64,000 bases of DNA from Longimicrobiales bacterium. Its GTDB lineage: Bacteria > Gemmatimonadota > Gemmatimonadetes > Longimicrobiales > RSA9. Location: positions 1,518 to 65,517 of the forward strand of contig JBOHRE010000004.1 in NCBI GenBank assembly GCA_050732635.1, written 5' to 3'. Positions 1 through 9,520 of this stretch are shown piece after piece. The notes beneath the pieces are model-generated. The model had not been told where the DNA came from. It saw only the letters and a program-made list of their open reading frames with translations, and did no database searches. Position numbers and translations under genes: made by a program. How positions within the stretch are numbered: the first letter of the stretch is position 1; every line of letters begins with the position of its first letter.

Positions 1-1
1 C

Positions 2-313
2 GGGCGCCGCGCCGCCGAGCTCGCGGCGTACGCGCGCGAGCGTCTGGGCGACGTCGCCGGGATCAGAGTCCTCGACCGCGGCCCCGAGCTGTGCGCGATC
101 GTGTCCGCGGCGATCGACGGCCGCGACGCCGGCGATGTGGTAACCGAGTTGCGCGACATGGGCATCAACACCTGCGCGACCGGGCGTGACTCGGCCGTCA
201 TCGACATGGACGAGAAGCGCGCGCCGACCGCGGTCCGTATCTCGCCGCACTACTACAACACCCGGGAGGAAATCGGCGTGCTGGTCTCGGCGCTCGAGGG
301 CTGCATCGGCTGA
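2..313 (+). CDS. C-terminal fragment (cut by window edge) of a class V aminotransferase-fold PLP enzyme, cysteine desulfurase/epimerase-like
   Basis: The frame is open from the window edge to the stop at 311-313. The tail ...VRISPHYYNTREEIGVLVSALEG fits the conserved C-terminal R-x-S-x-H-x-Y-N motif of this fold. Confidence 0.6.
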   Translation, partial: GRRAAELAAYARERLGDVAGIRVLDRGPELCAIVSAAIDGRDAGDVVTELRDMGINTCATGRDSAVIDMDEKRAPTAVRISPHYYNTREEIGVLVSALEGCIG

Positions 314-328
314 GCGACCTGGTTCGCC

Positions 329-1378
329 CTAGAGCTGCGCGCTCAGGAAGCGCGCGGCCTCGTCCTCGGCCCAGAAGCGGGGTGCCCAGGGCGGGCCGGT
401 GATGAAGCCCACGTGCCCGCCATGGTCCGTGATCGCGGTCGTGACCCAGGGGTTGGCCGCCGCGGCGTCGCGCGGGATCCGGTCGCTCGGCAGGAATGGA
501 TCGTCGAGCGAGTGGATGATGAGCGTAGGCACGCGGATCCTCGCGATGTGGTCGTGTGAGCTGGCGCGCGCGTAGTAGTCGTCCGCATCGCGAAAGCCGT
601 GCAGCGGGGCCGTCGCATTGTGGTCGAACTCGCGCAGCGTACGAGCGGTGAGCACTCGGTCGATGTCGCACGCGCCGTTCAGGAGCGCCTGCTTGGCCCG
701 CACCTTAGCGCGCAGCATGCGGATGAAGTAGTAGGTGTAGAGTCGCGCCATTGGCCCGCGCTCGAGCTGGGCCGAGCCGGCGGCGAGGTCGAACGGAACC
801 GAGATGGCGACGGCCGCGCCGATCGTCGACGGGCCGGCGTCGCCCAGCTCACCCAGCAGCTTCAGCAGCACGTTGCCGCCGAGTGAGAAGCCGATCGCGC
901 CGACGGCCGCCCTCGGATACCGACTGCGCAGCCGATCGACGACCCAGCGCAGGTCCGCCGTGTCACCGGAGTGGTAGAAGCGCGCCAGCCGATTCGGCTC
1001 ACCGCTGCAGCCGCGGAAGTTCAGGCCGACCGCGCGCACGCCCACGCGCCGCAGTGCGGCGTAGCTGAGCAGCGCGTAGGATCGCGTGGCCGAGCCCTCG
1101 AGCCCGTGCAGCACGATGGCCAGCCGCCGCTCCGGTTCCTTGTCAGGTGCGGGCGGGTCGACGAAGTCGAGGTCCAGGAAGTCGCCGTCCGGCGTCTCCC
1201 AACGCTCGCGCTGCAGCGGCACCGGCGGCGTCGGCCGGAACAGCTTGCCGCCGAGCGTCTGGGCGTGCGCGGAGCGCAGCCACGCCGGCGCGCGAAACCG
1301 CGTCGGCACGTACTCGAACGGCCCGACGCGCTCACTCACCACAGCCTCATCGTCACCGGATCGGATCGACGTTTCCAT
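329..1378 (-). CDS. alpha/beta hydrolase, YheT/ABHD-like
   Basis: 349 aa with HGLEGS, the nucleophile elbow GFSLGGN, and a C-terminal D...H region (DHGGHVGF). Divergent from uvrA. Confidence 0.8.
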   Translation of the reverse strand: METSIRSGDDEAVVSERVGPFEYVPTRFRAPAWLRSAHAQTLGGKLFRPTPPVPLQRERWETPDGDFLDLDFVDPPAPDKEPERRLAIVLHGLEGSATRSYALLSYAALRRVGVRAVGLNFRGCSGEPNRLARFYHSGDTADLRWVVDRLRSRYPRAAVGAIGFSLGGNVLLKLLGELGDAGPSTIGAAVAISVPFDLAAGSAQLERGPMARLYTYYFIRMLRAKVRAKQALLNGACDIDRVLTARTLREFDHNATAPLHGFRDADDYYARASSHDHIARIRVPTLIIHSLDDPFLPSDRIPRDAAAANPWVTTAITDHGGHVGFITGPPWAPRFWAEDEAARFLSAQL

Positions 1379-1458
1379 GCCCTAACATACACCTCGCGGG
1401 CAAGCGGCTTGCCATTTGCCGCCACCTCCCCGCAGCCCGACCCTTCCTCGCCCTGCCG

Positions 1459-1509
1459 TGTAGAATCCAAGCTTCCATTGCACGGCGGAGACTGTAGAGC
1501 CAAGCTCCC
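1459..1509. promoter_or_regulatory. imperfect direct repeat in the hydrolase/uvrA divergent spacer
   Basis: TGTAGAATCCAAGCTTCC (1459-1476) and TGTAGAGCCAAGCTCCC (1493-1509) start 34 nt apart. The first copy contains a TAGAAT -10-like hexamer (1461-1466). Confidence 0.3.
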
Positions 1510-1568
1510 GCACGCGCTCAGCGCAGCGTAATCGTCGACGCAAACGTCAACGTCAACCTCGACGTTCC

Positions 1569-4427
1569 TTGATCCGCATCCGCAACGCCCGCCAGCACAA
1601 CCTGAAGGGCCTCGATCTCGATCTACCGCGGCGGTCGCTCGTGGTGGTGACCGGGCCGAGCGGATCGGGCAAGTCGTCGCTCGCATTCGACACGATCTAC
1701 GCGGAGGGGCAGCGTCGCTACGTCGAGTCGCTGTCGACCTACGCGAAGCAGTTCCTCGAGCGCATGGAGAAGCCGGCGGTCGACCTGATCGAAGGGATCA
1801 GCCCGGCGGTCGCGATCGAGCAGAAGAACCCGACCAAGACCAGCCGCTCGACGGTCGGCACCGCGACCGAGGTCTACGACTACCTGCGGCTGCTCTGGGC
1901 GCGCGTCGGTCGCACCCACTGTCCGCTGTGTCAGCGCGAAGTCCGGCCCGACACGGTGCAGAGCGCGAGCGACGCGGTGCTCGCGCTGCCCGCCGGCACC
2001 CGCATCGCCGTCGCCTTCACGCTGCCTCGCAGCGAGCGCGTCTCGCACGCGACGGTCGTCGAGAACCTGCGCGCACTCGGCTTCGTGCGCGTCGAGGTCG
2101 AGGGCACGCTGCTCGATCTGAGCGCGCCCGGCGCCGAACTGCCCGCCACGCTCGGCCGCGACCTCGCGCAGGCGGGTGCGCTGCGCGTGATCGTCGATCG
2201 GCTGATGACTGCGCCCGAGGCCCGCGAGCGGCTGGCCGACTCGCTGGCCACCGCCTTCGCGGAGGGTGAGGGTGAGGCGGAGGTGCTCGTGTTCGATGGC
2301 GACGTCGCCCCGCGCGTGCTCCGCTTCACCGAGCGCTTCCGCTGCCCCGAGCATCCGGAGCTGCGCTTCCTCGAGCCGACGCCGCGGCTGTTCTCGTTCA
2401 ACAACCCGTACGGCTCCTGCCCGCGCTGCACCGGCTTCGGCGCCGTGCTCGAGTACGACCCGGCGCTGATCGTGCCCGCCCCCGAGCGCAGCCTGCGCGA
2501 TGGCGCGGTCGACCCGTGGCAGAAGCCGCGCTACCGGAAGTACCGCGCGCGGCTGCTCGAATTCGCCAAGAAGTCCGGCGTATCGGCGAGCAAGGCGTGG
2601 CAGACGCTGCCAGAGACGTTCCGCACTTCGGTGCTGCACGGTGAGCGTGGCCGCGCTGGGTTCCGCGGCGTGATCCCGTTCCTGCGCTCGCGGGAGCGCA
2701 AGAAGTACAAGCAGTACATCCGTGTCTTCCTGCGCCGCTACCAGACGCCGCGGATTTGCCCGGAGTGTGGCGGCGGCCGGCTGCGGCCCGAGTCGCTCTG
2801 GGTGCGCGTGGCGGGCTGCAGCATTGCCGAGGTCAGCGCACTGCCGATCGATGAGCTGCGCGGCTGGATCAGCGGCATCTGCGAGCCGGACGCGCTGACG
2901 ACGTACGAGTTGCAGGTCTGCGACCAGATCCTGCGCGAGCTGCGCGAGCGGCTGCGCTTCCTCGATGACGTCGGCCTCGGCTACCTGGCGCTCGGCCGGC
3001 AGGTCCGCACCCTGTCCGGCGGCGAGGCGCAGCGCATCAACCTGGCCAACTCGCTCGGTGCGCGGCTGGTCGAGACGCTCTATGTGCTGGACGAACCGAC
3101 CGTCGGGCTGCACCCGCGCGACACCGGCCGCATGCTCGACCTGCTGCTGCAGCTGCGCAGTGCGGGCAACAGCGTGCTGGTCGTCGAGCACGACCCGGCA
3201 ATGATCCTCGCCGCCGACCACCTCGTCGAGCTGGGGCCGGGCAGCGGCGCGCGCGGCGGCGAGGTCGTGTTCCAGGGCACGCCGGACGAGCTGCGCGCGG
3301 CCGACACCTCCACTGGCCGGTACCTCGTCGCCGCCGGGACTCTGGCCGCGCCCCGGCTGCGGCGCGACGTCGACGGCGCCCGGCTCGAGCTGCGCGGCGC
3401 GACACTTCACAACGTGCGCGGCGCCGACATCGATATTCCGCTCGCCGCGCTGACCGTGGTGAGCGGCGTCAGCGGCTCCGGCAAGAGCACGCTAGTGCAC
3501 GACATCCTGTACCGCGCACTGGAGCGCGAACTGGGCGGCGAGACGAGCGCGAAGCAGCACCTGGGCGAGGCGGTGGGCCAGTACGCGCGGTTCGGCGGCG
3601 CCGGGCTGATCGACGCGGTCGTGCTGGTGGACCAGTCACCGATCGGTCGCACGCCGCGCTCGAACCCCGTGACCTATATCAAGGCGTTCGACCTGGTACG
3701 CGAGGTCTTCGCGCGCGAGCCGCTGGCCCGCGAGCGGGGCTACAAGCCGGGCCACTTCTCGTTCAACGTGAAGGGCGGCCGCTGCGAGGCGTGCAGGGGC
3801 GATGGCATGGTCGAGGTCGAGATGGTGTTCATGGCCGATGTCTACGTCCCTTGCGACGTGTGCGGAGGCGCGCGCTACAAGCCCGAGACGCTGGAGGTGC
3901 GCTTCAAGGGTCTCAACATCCGCGATGTGCTCGACCTGACGATCGATGAAGCGATCCGCTTCTTCATCAAGGAGGACCGGCTGTCGAGCATGCTGTGGCA
4001 GCTCCAGCAGGTCGGGCTCGGCTACCTCCGGCTGGGGCAGCCGGCGCCCACGCTGTCGGGCGGCGAGGCGCAGCGGCTGAAGATCGCGCGCGAGCTGTCC
4101 GGCGCCGGGCGCCGGCACGGGCACCGTGTCTACATCATGGACGAGCCGACCACCGGCCTGTCCGGCAACGAGGTCGCACTGCTGCTGAAGGTGCTCGGCC
4201 GGCTACTGGACGCCGGCCACACGGTCGTGCTGATCGAGCACAACCTGGATGTGATCCGCGCCGCCGACTGGCTCATCGACCTCGGCCCCGGCGCCGGCGA
4301 GCGGGGCGGTCGCGTCGTCGCCATGGGCCGGCCGGAAGACGTGGCGACGTCGCCCGACAGTCATACCGGCCGCTATCTGCGCGAGGCGCCCGCGCCCGGC
4401 AACGCCGGCCGCGCGGCCGCAGTCTAA
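1569..4427 (+). CDS. uvrA: excinuclease ABC subunit A
   Basis: 952 aa. The N-terminus MIRIRNARQHNLKGL...VVTGPSGSGKSSLAFDTIYAEGQRRYVESLS follows the E. coli UvrA pattern. Two ABC modules are present (GPSGSGKS, GVSGSGKS, LSGGEAQR twice) with CxxC zinc modules. The TTG start is uncertain by a few codons. Confidence 0.97.
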   Translation: MIRIRNARQHNLKGLDLDLPRRSLVVVTGPSGSGKSSLAFDTIYAEGQRRYVESLSTYAKQFLERMEKPAVDLIEGISPAVAIEQKNPTKTSRSTVGTATEVYDYLRLLWARVGRTHCPLCQREVRPDTVQSASDAVLALPAGTRIAVAFTLPRSERVSHATVVENLRALGFVRVEVEGTLLDLSAPGAELPATLGRDLAQAGALRVIVDRLMTAPEARERLADSLATAFAEGEGEAEVLVFDGDVAPRVLRFTERFRCPEHPELRFLEPTPRLFSFNNPYGSCPRCTGFGAVLEYDPALIVPAPERSLRDGAVDPWQKPRYRKYRARLLEFAKKSGVSASKAWQTLPETFRTSVLHGERGRAGFRGVIPFLRSRERKKYKQYIRVFLRRYQTPRICPECGGGRLRPESLWVRVAGCSIAEVSALPIDELRGWISGICEPDALTTYELQVCDQILRELRERLRFLDDVGLGYLALGRQVRTLSGGEAQRINLANSLGARLVETLYVLDEPTVGLHPRDTGRMLDLLLQLRSAGNSVLVVEHDPAMILAADHLVELGPGSGARGGEVVFQGTPDELRAADTSTGRYLVAAGTLAAPRLRRDVDGARLELRGATLHNVRGADIDIPLAALTVVSGVSGSGKSTLVHDILYRALERELGGETSAKQHLGEAVGQYARFGGAGLIDAVVLVDQSPIGRTPRSNPVTYIKAFDLVREVFAREPLARERGYKPGHFSFNVKGGRCEACRGDGMVEVEMVFMADVYVPCDVCGGARYKPETLEVRFKGLNIRDVLDLTIDEAIRFFIKEDRLSSMLWQLQQVGLGYLRLGQPAPTLSGGEAQRLKIARELSGAGRRHGHRVYIMDEPTTGLSGNEVALLLKVLGRLLDAGHTVVLIEHNLDVIRAADWLIDLGPGAGERGGRVVAMGRPEDVATSPDSHTGRYLREAPAPGNAGRAAAV

Positions 4428-4511
4428 CCACGGCGGGATCCCGGCATTTGCCGTAAGCGCCACACTGCAAGATATTCCCCGATCCTGCCAGAGTTCGAAC
4501 CGGAGTAGACC

Positions 4512-5852
4512 ATGACCCGCTCACGTTGGCTCGCCGCGCTGGCGTTGCTCGTGTCGCCCGCTGTGGCGGCAGCGCAGACAGCCGTGCCGCCCGTCCAGTA
4601 CGACACGTTCCGTCTCGAGAACGGGCTGCTCTTCATCGTGCATGAGGACCACTCGACGCCGGTCGTCGCGGTCAACGTGTACTATGATGTGGGCAGCGCG
4701 CACGAGGAACCGGGCCGTTCGGGCTTCGCGCACCTGTTCGAGCACATGCTGTTTCAGGAGACGCAGAACCTCGCGCACGGCGAGTTCATGCGCATGATCC
4801 CGGCGGCGGGCGGCGACTTCAATGGCACCACCGACACCGACCGAACCATGTACTTCGAGGTCCTGCCGTCGAACCGGCTGAACCTGGCGATGTGGCTCGA
4901 GGCCGAGCGCATGGCCCGGCTCGTCGTCGATGACGCGAACTTCGAGCGCGAGCGCGAGGTGGTGAAGGAGGAACGCCGCACGGGCGTCGAGAACCGACCC
5001 TACGGCAACTCGTTCCTGACGCTGGACACGCTGTCCGCCGACTGGGAGCCCTACAAGCACACGGTCATCGGCAGCATGGAAGACTTGGACGCCGCAACCG
5101 CGGTCGATGTCCGCGAGTTCTTCGAGCAGTACTACAACCCGAACAATGCGGCGATCGTGGTTGCCGGCGATGTGCAGCTGGCCGAGGTGCAGCGGCTCGC
5201 CGAGGAGTACTTCGGTTGGATCCCGCGCGGGCCCGACGTCGAGCCGCTGCCGCCACCAGCGCCGACGCCGCGCACCACGGGCGAACGGCGCGTCACGCTG
5301 ACCGACAACCTGGCCAGCCTGCCGCTGCTGTTCACCGCATTCAACATCCCGCCGCACGACCACGAGGACAGCTACGCACTGCAGCTGCTGTCGATGATCT
5401 TCAGCCAGGGTGAGTCCAGCCGGCTGCACCAGCGGCTGATCAAGGACGAGCAGGCCGCGCTCGACGTGATCGCCTTCATGAACAGCCGATACGGGCCGGG
5501 CAACCTGATCTTCGGCGCACTGCCGAACCAGGGCGTCTCGGTCGACACACTCGAGGCGCTCATCAACGACGAGATCGACAATCTGAAGACGGAGGGCGTC
5601 ACCGAGCGCGAGCTGCAGAAGGCCAAGAACCAGCTGCGGGCGGGCATGATCCGCGGGCGGCTCACCGTGATGTCCAAGGCGACGGAGCTGCAGCACGCGC
5701 GCTTCAATCATGGCGACATCGACAGCGTGAACGATGACCTCCAGCGCTACATGGAGGTTTCGCTCGAGGATCTCATGGCTGTGGCTCGCCGCTATCTGAT
5801 CGACACGAACCGAACGGTCGTGATCACGCTGCCGCCGCAGCGCGCGACGTAG
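4512..5852 (+). CDS. M16 (pitrilysin/insulinase) family zinc peptidase, catalytic-type subunit, secreted
   Basis: 446 aa with signal peptide MTRSRWLAALALLVSPAVAAAQT and an intact inverted zinc motif HLFEHMLF (HxxEH). Confidence 0.9.
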   Translation: MTRSRWLAALALLVSPAVAAAQTAVPPVQYDTFRLENGLLFIVHEDHSTPVVAVNVYYDVGSAHEEPGRSGFAHLFEHMLFQETQNLAHGEFMRMIPAAGGDFNGTTDTDRTMYFEVLPSNRLNLAMWLEAERMARLVVDDANFEREREVVKEERRTGVENRPYGNSFLTLDTLSADWEPYKHTVIGSMEDLDAATAVDVREFFEQYYNPNNAAIVVAGDVQLAEVQRLAEEYFGWIPRGPDVEPLPPPAPTPRTTGERRVTLTDNLASLPLLFTAFNIPPHDHEDSYALQLLSMIFSQGESSRLHQRLIKDEQAALDVIAFMNSRYGPGNLIFGALPNQGVSVDTLEALINDEIDNLKTEGVTERELQKAKNQLRAGMIRGRLTVMSKATELQHARFNHGDIDSVNDDLQRYMEVSLEDLMAVARRYLIDTNRTVVITLPPQRAT

Positions 5853-5866
5853 GAGACGAGACCCGA

Positions 5867-8014
5867 ATGAGCATCAGCGCCCGCAGTGCGGTCCGACGGA
5901 CCGCCGCAGCCGCGACTTACGCCGTGCTCGCGGCCTGCGCGCCGCAGGCCGCCGTGCCGCCGGCACCATTCGAGCCGATGCCGGAACCGCTGCCGCAGCC
6001 GGCGGTCACGTTGCCGGACACGCCGCCGCCGCCCGCGCCGGCCGACCCGGTCCAGCTGCCGCCGGTCAGCGAGCGCACTCTCGCCAATGGCGCGCGCGTG
6101 CTGCTCGTGCAACACGATGAGCAGCCGTTCGTATCGGTGAACCTGCGCATTCGCAGTGGCGCGGCCGCGGATCCCGACGGCAGGGCCGGCGTCGCCGCAT
6201 TGACTGCCAGCCTGCTGAACAAGGGCACCGCCACGCGCAGCTCGCGCGAGATCGCCGAGACCGTCGACTTCGTCGGCGCGCAGCTCAGCGCAACGGCCGG
6301 CCAGGACTGGACGAGCGTCACGCTGGGCACGCTCACGGAATTCCTCGATACCGGGCTGGACGTGCTCGCCGATGTCGTGATGCGGCCGACGTTCCCCAGC
6401 GAGGAGCTGGAAACGGAGCGCCGCCGTGTGCTGTCCGGGTTGCAGGTCGAGCTGAGCGAGCCGGTTCAGCTCGCGATCCGCCGGTTCCACGCGGAGGTCT
6501 ACGGTGCGCATCCATACGGTCGCGCGCAGACGCCGGAGTCCGTGCAGGCGATCACGCGCGATGAGATCGTGGCCTTCCATGCGTCACACTACACGCCCGG
6601 GAATGCGCTCTTCGTCGTGGCCGGCGATGTCGATGCGGACGACATCGTCGCCCGTCTCGAGCAGCGCTTCGCCGAGTGGACGGGCGGGCTGGCCCCGAGC
6701 CTGGCTGCGCCCGACCCGCCGGCGCAGACGCACCGCCGGCTCGTGTTCGTGCACAAGCCCGGCACCGTGCAGGCGGTGCTCCGACTCGGCCACCTGATGC
6801 CGCCGGCGAGCAGTCCGGATTGGGTCGAGATCGACGTCGCAAACCAGGTGCTCGGCGGCGATGTCGGCAGCTGGCTGTTTCGGGTTCTGCGCGATGAGCG
6901 CGGCTACACGTACGGCGCCTACTCGCGCGCCGTCGAGAACGTCGGCCCCGGCTACTTCTGGGCCTACGCGCAGGTGCGCAACGAGGTCGCGGACAGCGCG
7001 ACGGAGGAGCTGCTCGGACTGGTCCGGCGGCTGCGCACCGAGGCGCCGCCCGTAGCCGAGCTCACGGACGCGAAGAACTTCCTCTCGGGGTCGTTCCCGC
7101 TGACGATCGAGACGCCGCAGCAGGTCGCGTCTCAGGTCGCGACCACGATCCTGCTCGAGCGGCCTGCGGATTACCTGGAGACGTTTCGCAGCCGGGTCAA
7201 CGCGGTCGACACCACCGATGTGCTGCGAATCGCACAACGGTACATCGATCCGGACCGCGCCGTGCTCGTGGTCGTCGGTGACGCGCAGCAGCTCTACCAC
7301 CGGCTGGCGCGCTTCGGTCAGACCACCGAGCTGTACGACGACCAGGGCCGTCCGCTCTCACCCGATCAGATCGCGCCCGCGGCCGGCGACAATGACCTCG
7401 TCTTCGACGCCTCCTCGATCCGGCCCGCAACACAGGCATACGTCGTCTCGTTCCAGGGCAACCCGGTCGGCGAGGCGACGACGATCGTCACGCGCGAGCA
7501 GCACGAAGGTCGCCCGGTGATCCGCTCGACGACCACGATCCGGGGCGCCGTGACACAGCGTCAGCACGTTGTCTTCGAGCCGGCCGAATTCGCGCCGATC
7601 GAGGCCGGGATCGAGGGCCCGATCACGCTCTCACTGCGCGCTGTGGACGACCGCATTACCGGCCAGGTCGCGGCGCTCGGCGGCGAAGCGCGCGAGATCG
7701 ACCTCGCGCTCGAGCCGGGTACGCTGCTGCCCGGCATGGAGGAGTACGCCATCGCGGTCACCGACCTCGAGCAGAACCGCGAGTTCCGCCTGCCGATCGT
7801 CGACCCGCAGACCGGCACCATCACAACGCTGAGCGTGCGCGTAACCGGCGAGGAACGCATCGACGTGCCGGCCGGCAGCTTCGACGTGTACCGCCTCGAA
7901 CTGAGCGGCCCACAGGCCACGACGCTGTACGTGCGACAGACGGCGCCGCACATCGTGGTCAAGCAGGAGTTCGCGGGCCAGCCCGTCGCGATCGAGCTCA
8001 GCGAGATCCGTTAG
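5867..8014 (+). CDS. M16 family peptidase-like lipoprotein without the HxxEH motif, plus an extra C-terminal domain of about 230 aa
   Basis: 715 aa with lipobox LAAC (Cys24). The M16 fold is recognisable, but I found no HxxEH. The C-terminal region from about DQIAPAAGDN to the end matches no family I recognise. It starts 15 nt after the upstream M16 gene. Confidence 0.85.
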   Translation: MSISARSAVRRTAAAATYAVLAACAPQAAVPPAPFEPMPEPLPQPAVTLPDTPPPPAPADPVQLPPVSERTLANGARVLLVQHDEQPFVSVNLRIRSGAAADPDGRAGVAALTASLLNKGTATRSSREIAETVDFVGAQLSATAGQDWTSVTLGTLTEFLDTGLDVLADVVMRPTFPSEELETERRRVLSGLQVELSEPVQLAIRRFHAEVYGAHPYGRAQTPESVQAITRDEIVAFHASHYTPGNALFVVAGDVDADDIVARLEQRFAEWTGGLAPSLAAPDPPAQTHRRLVFVHKPGTVQAVLRLGHLMPPASSPDWVEIDVANQVLGGDVGSWLFRVLRDERGYTYGAYSRAVENVGPGYFWAYAQVRNEVADSATEELLGLVRRLRTEAPPVAELTDAKNFLSGSFPLTIETPQQVASQVATTILLERPADYLETFRSRVNAVDTTDVLRIAQRYIDPDRAVLVVVGDAQQLYHRLARFGQTTELYDDQGRPLSPDQIAPAAGDNDLVFDASSIRPATQAYVVSFQGNPVGEATTIVTREQHEGRPVIRSTTTIRGAVTQRQHVVFEPAEFAPIEAGIEGPITLSLRAVDDRITGQVAALGGEAREIDLALEPGTLLPGMEEYAIAVTDLEQNREFRLPIVDPQTGTITTLSVRVTGEERIDVPAGSFDVYRLELSGPQATTLYVRQTAPHIVVKQEFAGQPVAIELSEIR

Positions 8015-8018
8015 CTGC

Positions 8019-8050
8019 GGCGTGCCCGCGCCAACGAATGTGAGCACGCC
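8019..8050 (+). terminator. hairpin after the M16 pair (weak terminator or attenuator candidate)
   Basis: GGCGTGC (8019-8025) pairs with GCACGCC (8044-8050) across an 18-nt loop, followed by GTTTCACCGTT. The T-tract is poor. Confidence 0.3.
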
Positions 8051-8089
8051 GTTTCACCGTTCCCAACTCGTATCCGGAGGTTCAACGCC

Positions 8090-9520
8090 ATGCATTCGCG
8101 AAAGCAGGCGTGGATGTTGGTCCCACTCGTCGCGTTTGGCTGCGCGACGACGCAGGCCGGCACCACGTCGCCCGGCGAGTCCGCCGACACCGGCGGCGTC
8201 GCGGTCCAGCGCGGCCCGGAGGCCGACCACCCGTTCCCATCAACCTATGCGCCGCTGCCGTCGCGGGCCGTGGTGATCCGCAACGCGACGATCATGACCG
8301 CGACCGAGCAGGGAACACTGCGCAACGCGGCGCTCGTGATTCGCGACGGTGAGATCGCGGCGGTGGGCAGCACGGTGGATGCGCCCGCGGACGCGACCGT
8401 GATCGACGCGGCCGGACGCTGGGTCACACCCGGGCTGATCGACGCGCACTCGCACCTCGGCGTGTACGCGGCGCCGGGCATCGAGGCCAACTCGGACGGC
8501 AACGAGGCCACGAACCCGAATACCGCCGAGGTCTGGGCCGAGCATTCGGTCTGGCCGCACGACCCGCAGTTTCCGCTGGCGCTCGCCGGTGGCGTGACCA
8601 CGATCCATGTGCTGCCCGGCTCAGCGAATCTGTTTGGCGGCCGCGGCGTCACGCTGCGCAACGTGCCCGGCCGCACCGTGCAGTCCATGAAGTTTCCGGG
8701 CGCGCCGCACACACTGAAGATGGCGTGCGGCGAGAACCCGAAGCGGGTCTACGGCAGCCGTGGCCGCTCGCCCTCGACCGCCATGGGCAACGTCGCCGGC
8801 TACCGCGCTGCCTGGATCGACGCGGCCGAGTACAAGAAGCAGTGGGACAAATGGCGCGCCGACGGCGCGGACGCCGCCGAGCGGCCGCGTCGCAACCTGC
8901 AGAACGAGACGCTGATGGGTGTGCTGAATGGCGAGATCCTGATCCAGAATCACTGCTACCGCGGCGATGAGATGGCCTGGATGATGGACATCGCCGATGA
9001 GTTCGGCTACAGCATCTCCGCGTTCCATCATGGCGTCGAGGCCTACAAGGTCCGCGACCTGCTGGCCGAGCGGGGCATCTGTGCCGCGATCTGGGCCGAC
9101 TGGTGGGGCTTCAAGCTCGAGGCCTACGACGGCATCAACGAGAATCTCGCGCTCGTCGACCAGGCCGGCGGCTGCGCCGTGCTGCACACCGACTCGCCCG
9201 AAGGCATCCAGCGCATGAACCAGGACGCGGCCAAGGGGCTGCAGGCGGGCCGCGCTGCCGGCATCGATGTCGATTACGACGACGCCATCGAGTGGATCAC
9301 GATCAATCCTGCTCGCGCGATCGGCGTCGACGAGGAGACCGGCTCGCTGACGGTCGGCAAGCGCGGCGACGTCGTCCTCTGGTCCGGCGATCCGTTCAGC
9401 GTCTACACGCGCGCCGACCAGGTCTATATCGACGGCGCGCTGGTCTATGACCGGCGAGATCCCGCGACCGCGCCCGTCACCGACTTCGAGCTCGGCATTG
9501 CGCCGGGAGGTGTACGATGA
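8090..9520 (+). CDS. amidohydrolase-superfamily metallohydrolase lipoprotein (COG1228-like)
   Basis: 476 aa with lipobox AFGC (Cys18). The metal motif GLIDAHSHLG (HxH) is intact, and the C-terminus has VVLWSGDPFS. Confidence 0.85.
   Translation: MHSRKQAWMLVPLVAFGCATTQAGTTSPGESADTGGVAVQRGPEADHPFPSTYAPLPSRAVVIRNATIMTATEQGTLRNAALVIRDGEIAAVGSTVDAPADATVIDAAGRWVTPGLIDAHSHLGVYAAPGIEANSDGNEATNPNTAEVWAEHSVWPHDPQFPLALAGGVTTIHVLPGSANLFGGRGVTLRNVPGRTVQSMKFPGAPHTLKMACGENPKRVYGSRGRSPSTAMGNVAGYRAAWIDAAEYKKQWDKWRADGADAAERPRRNLQNETLMGVLNGEILIQNHCYRGDEMAWMMDIADEFGYSISAFHHGVEAYKVRDLLAERGICAAIWADWWGFKLEAYDGINENLALVDQAGGCAVLHTDSPEGIQRMNQDAAKGLQAGRAAGIDVDYDDAIEWITINPARAIGVDEETGSLTVGKRGDVVLWSGDPFSVYTRADQVYIDGALVYDRRDPATAPVTDFELGIAPGGVR

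Noticed and set aside
1379-1568. A known SOS/LexA box upstream of uvrA
   Set aside because: I found no match to the CTGT-N8-ACAG, GAAC-N4-GTTC, GTTC-N7-GTTC or cyanobacterial-type consensus. Only the unexplained direct repeat is reported as a finding.
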